From a virus (Duplodnaviria; Caudoviricetes): 44,698 bases of DNA. A program made the translations under genes and the position numbers. The stretch spans positions 1-44,698 of the IMG/VR virus record IMGVR_UViG_3300022407_002666; one strand, 5' to 3'. Below are positions 41,813 through 44,698 of this stretch, piece after piece (positions within the stretch are counted from its first letter, which is position 1; every line of letters begins with the position of its first letter). The notes under the pieces are model-generated. The model ran no database searches. It was not told the origin of the DNA and was given only the letters and a program-made list of their open reading frames with translations.

Positions 41813-43144
41813 TCAGAGGCGTGCGTAGGGGTTGTAGTCGAGCGCGTTGGCGTCCTCAATGGTCGGCAGCCCCATGGCGCGCGCTCGGGCCTGAGTGCTG
41901 TGGTCCTGGTAGACCGGGAACGCGAACGTCAGCGCCAGCGCATCGCCCAAGTCGGGGCTCGGCAGACCCCGGCCCTTGATGTCGTCCTTGCTCTCGAGCT
42001 GGATCTTGTCGGCCGGGGTGAAGCGGTAGGTGGGCGCGGCCAGGTCCTGCTTGAGGTCCACCAGGTCGGGGATCGCCCCGCCCGCCCGCAGCCAGTCACG
42101 CACCTCGAACCACATCTCGGCGCGCTTGTTGAGGTAGCGGGCGTTCGATGGGCTGCCGCTGAAGTGCACCTCGATCACGTCGTGGTGCAGCTGGCGCAGG
42201 CGGTCGATCACGCCTGAGCCGTTGCCGGCGTCGATGAACACCGCGTCGGGTCGGAACAGCTCGATCTGCTGCGCCACCTTGTCGGCCAGCGCCATGTTGT
42301 CGATGCCGCGGTAGACCAGGGGCTGCAGGGCGTAGAGGCCCTGGCGCGGGAAGATCACGCTGCGGTCATCCCCAAAGCGGGCCGGGTCGACCCCCAGCAC
42401 CTTGGCGGCGTAGGTGTACTCGTCTTTGCGCAAGTGGCGTCGGCTCGCCTCCTGCACGTCGGTCAGGCTCATCAGCTGGTCCTCGCCCGACGCCGCGAAG
42501 TCACACAACATCTCGCGGCGGAAGGTGTTCTCATCGACCGCCTGGCGGTAGCGCTCGACCTCCTCGGGCTGCAGCGCCTCGGTGTCGTACACGGTGTAGA
42601 GCGCGCTGTGCCAGTCGGGCAGGTTGCGGCCCTTGAAGAACAGCTCGCTGAACAGGTTGATCCCGTGCGGTGTGCCGATGAACAGCGCCCAGCCTAAGCG
42701 GTCAGCGAGCGCCGGCTGCAGCACCTCGCGCCAGGTCTCGGGCTTGATGTCGGCCACCTCGTCGAGCACCACCCCGTCCAGGCGCACGCCGCGCATGGCC
42801 TCGGGGTTGTCGGCGCCGTACATGCGGATGATCGCGCCGTTGCTTTTGAGGCGCACCCAGAGCTCGCTCTCGTTGATCTCGGCCAGGTTGTACATCACCA
42901 GCGGTGCGACGATCTGCTTCAGGCGCGCCCAGGCGATCGCCTTGGCCTGCTTGAGGAGCGGTGCGACGTAGAAGAACAGGCTCAGCTCGAGCGGGCAGCG
43001 CAGCGCGCTGTCGAGCAACTGGCGCAGCGCGAGCTCCGTCTTGCCGGCCCGCCGATGCAGCGCCAGCACCGTGAAGCGCTTGCGACTCAGGTGGCACTGA
43101 CGCTGCCACTCGCGGGGCCGGTAGCCCAGGTCGATCGTGGCCAT
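41813..43144 (-). CDS. terL: Terminase large subunit
   Basis: Walker A HRRAGKT, Walker B VVLDE, GTPHG, nuclease GVDPARFGDD...SPDLGDALALTF. Confidence 0.95.
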   Translation of the reverse strand: MATIDLGYRPREWQRQCHLSRKRFTVLALHRRAGKTELALRQLLDSALRCPLELSLFFYVAPLLKQAKAIAWARLKQIVAPLVMYNLAEINESELWVRLKSNGAIIRMYGADNPEAMRGVRLDGVVLDEVADIKPETWREVLQPALADRLGWALFIGTPHGINLFSELFFKGRNLPDWHSALYTVYDTEALQPEEVERYRQAVDENTFRREMLCDFAASGEDQLMSLTDVQEASRRHLRKDEYTYAAKVLGVDPARFGDDRSVIFPRQGLYALQPLVYRGIDNMALADKVAQQIELFRPDAVFIDAGNGSGVIDRLRQLHHDVIEVHFSGSPSNARYLNKRAEMWFEVRDWLRAGGAIPDLVDLKQDLAAPTYRFTPADKIQLESKDDIKGRGLPSPDLGDALALTFAFPVYQDHSTQARARAMGLPTIEDANALDYNPYARL

Positions 43145-43548
43145 CAGGCCAGGTCGGTGTAGTCACCCACCACCGGCACCCCAGTGGCGATCACCACTTG
43201 GGTCTGCAGGGGGCCGCCGTTGGCGCCGGTGAGCTCCACCTTGTTGTTCTCGCGGTAGTCGTCCGGGAAGCGTGCCGCCATCGAGCGCGACCACAGCTGT
43301 GGGTTGAGCTTCTCGCCCTCTGGGCTCTGCCACATGCCGGTCTGCCCCTGATCCTCCCACCAGGCCATGGCCAGGTCCCTTGCGCGCGCGATGGCGATGC
43401 AAAACTCTTCGTGCTCATCACACCAGCGGTTGATGCTGGCGCGGTCACAGCCCAGGGCGGCTGCCATCTGCGCTTTGCTTTTTCCAAGTGCGCCAAGCTC
43501 CACCACGGTGGTGCAGAACGCTGGGTCGTATTTTGTTGGTCGTGCCAT
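43144..43548 (-). CDS. terS: Terminase small subunit
   Basis: MARPTKYDP, HTH QMAAALGCDRASINRW, KVELTGANGGPL. Confidence 0.85.
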   Translation of the reverse strand: MARPTKYDPAFCTTVVELGALGKSKAQMAAALGCDRASINRWCDEHEEFCIAIARARDLAMAWWEDQGQTGMWQSPEGEKLNPQLWSRSMAARFPDDYRENNKVELTGANGGPLQTQVVIATGVPVVGDYTDLA

Positions 43549-43554
43549 GGTTTT

Positions 43555-43586
43555 ATCTTCCTGCTAAATCAACCAGACACGGACAC
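43555..43586 (-). promoter_or_regulatory. Late promoter (terminase) carrying a TTTAGCA operator half-site
   Basis: GTGTCCGTGTC-N15-GAAGAT, 6 nt before the terS ATG; the -10 match is weaker. Confidence 0.6.
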
Positions 43587-43805
43587 GCGCACCGCCCGTG
43601 CTGCCGACTGGTTGCGGTTGCGCCCGGTGCAGATCCAGCGTGCGCAGGACTTGCTGACGTCGAACTTCGCGGCCAGCCAGGCGTAGCTGTAACCCTCATC
43701 CCTCAAGTCCAGCATCACCGCGACCTCAGCGTCCGTCAGCTTCGCGCCCGGGTGCTCCTGGCCGATCCGGCGGCCACCTTCGTTGAATTCAACCAGTTTC
43801 TGCAT
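43569..43805 (-). CDS. Small HTH protein, candidate late-transcription activator (78 aa)
   Basis: GQEHPGAKLTDAEV...GYSYAWLAAKFDVSKSCARWI; RBS GAAAGGG; between the replication and packaging genes. Confidence 0.7.
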   Translation of the reverse strand: MQKLVEFNEGGRRIGQEHPGAKLTDAEVAVMLDLRDEGYSYAWLAAKFDVSKSCARWICTGRNRNQSAARAVRVSVSG

Positions 43806-43839
43806 GACCAGCCCTTTCACGTAAAAGATTGCAGATTCG

Positions 43840-43970
43840 ACAACGTTTTACCCCCGCAACGTGCAACACATGCAACGTGTCCTATACACACGTTGCGTTG
43901 CGTTGCAGTTTTCGTCGCTGCGCAACACTGCAACACGGTGCAACGTTGCACTCGCGTTGCACGTTGCAGT
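43840..43970. repeat. GCAAC/GTTGC iteron cluster, putative replication origin
   Basis: About 12 GCAAC pentamers in both orientations, including the hairpin GCAACGTGT-N7-ACACGTTGC, immediately downstream of the primase-helicase stop. Confidence 0.65.
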
Positions 43971-43995
43971 TGGGAATGCGCAAAGTTCTGCATGT

Positions 43996-44698
43996 TCAGC
44001 AGATCGCAATGCAGCCATCGTCGCCCAACCAGTAGGGCGCCTCGTCCCCAACCGTGAGCGCTTCCAGCGCCCGGCGGACCCTTTGCTTGCGTGAATCGCG
44101 CTTGCCATCGGCCGGTGCGTCCATCCGTTTGACGGCCTCCGCGATGACTGGACCGACCTCGATGCCACTGGTCTGGGCGATCGCGTATTCCTGGATCACG
44201 GCGTTGACCACCGTCTCCACCGGCCCGAGTTTGCGGCTGGCGATGCCACCGACCGGCACCGCGGCCTCGATCACCACGCAGCTCGTGATCGGGTCGAGGT
44301 CCTCATCGACTCCCACCTTCACCACCTCGAGGTCGAACCCCCACACCATGCCGTCCTCGCCGTCCTTGCTCTTGGTCAAGCGCAGCGTGCGGCCGGCGGC
44401 CTCGCGCGCCACCTCGAGCTCGGCGTCAGCGGCGGCGCGCAACCCCGACCAGCCCCGGGCCCCTTTGCTGGCGTCCTTGCCCGCGTGGTGGATCAGCACG
44501 ATCATGGCGCCGGTCGACTCGTGGATGCGCTTGCAGTGGGTGAGCGCCTTGCCAACGTCATCGCCGGCGTTCTCGTTGCCGCCCGGCATGACCTGGGCAA
44601 AGGTGTCGACGATGATCACGTCGGCACCGCCCCAGGCCTTCACCGCCTTGGCCACGTCGACCGCGTCCTGTATCTGCATCATGTTGGGGGCGGCGTGC
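43996..44698 (-). CDS. Primase-helicase, 3' part (AAA_25/RepA helicase C-terminus)
   Basis: Walker B VIIVDTFA plus GNEN, IHHAGKD and ARGWSGLRAAAD, typical RepA/AAA_25 motifs. Joins 1..1378 across the circular junction. Confidence 0.88.
   Translation of the reverse strand, partial: HAAPNMMQIQDAVDVAKAVKAWGGADVIIVDTFAQVMPGGNENAGDDVGKALTHCKRIHESTGAMIVLIHHAGKDASKGARGWSGLRAAADAELEVAREAAGRTLRLTKSKDGEDGMVWGFDLEVVKVGVDEDLDPITSCVVIEAAVPVGGIASRKLGPVETVVNAVIQEYAIAQTSGIEVGPVIAEAVKRMDAPADGKRDSRKQRVRRALEALTVGDEAPYWLGDDGCIAIC
44572..44697. repeat. Terminal direct repeat, copy 2 (circular assembly overlap)
   Basis: Identical to 2-127. Confidence 0.95.

Noticed and set aside
1-44698. tRNA genes, integrase, partition genes, phage RNA polymerase
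   Set aside because: None recognised by eye. A highly diverged recombinase among the small hypothetical ORFs is unlikely given their sizes, but was not excluded by a search.

Overview
Apparently complete, circularly assembled ~44.57-kb GC-rich tailed dsDNA phage genome; bases 2-127 are repeated at 44572-44697. The gene order is podovirus-like and resembles Bordetella phage BPP-1 / Burkholderia BcepC6B. GAAAG(G)-type ribosome binding sites hint at a Betaproteobacterial host (inference). A divergent CI/Cro-like switch at 1.8-2.8 kb separates two arms. The rightward arm carries small early genes, a DUF2800 nuclease, a DUF2815 SSB, a family A DNA polymerase, VRR-NUC, an SNF2 helicase, DUF3310 and a TraR/DksA-like gene. 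The leftward arm carries a primase-helicase spanning the assembly junction, a repeat-rich putative origin, an HTH regulator, terminases, portal, capsid, an accessory fibre cassette, tail tube/nozzle, ejection proteins (including a 2869-aa polyvalent protein), two tailspikes and lysis genes. There is no integrase. Instead, a dif-like XerCD site with a degenerate XerD arm (12787-12814) lies directly beside an HTH+DUF3653-like (XafT-like) gene and is flanked by repressor-type operators. This suggests a tailed phage that lysogenises at the host dif site using host XerCD (a TLC-type IMEX). Other highlights: a nested +1-frame gene inside the giant ejection protein, six late promoters with an invariant GTGTCCGTG-N17-(-10) architecture, a TAGCAnnTGCTA operator family, and several structured RNA candidates. 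All family assignments come from motif recognition by eye, not database searches.
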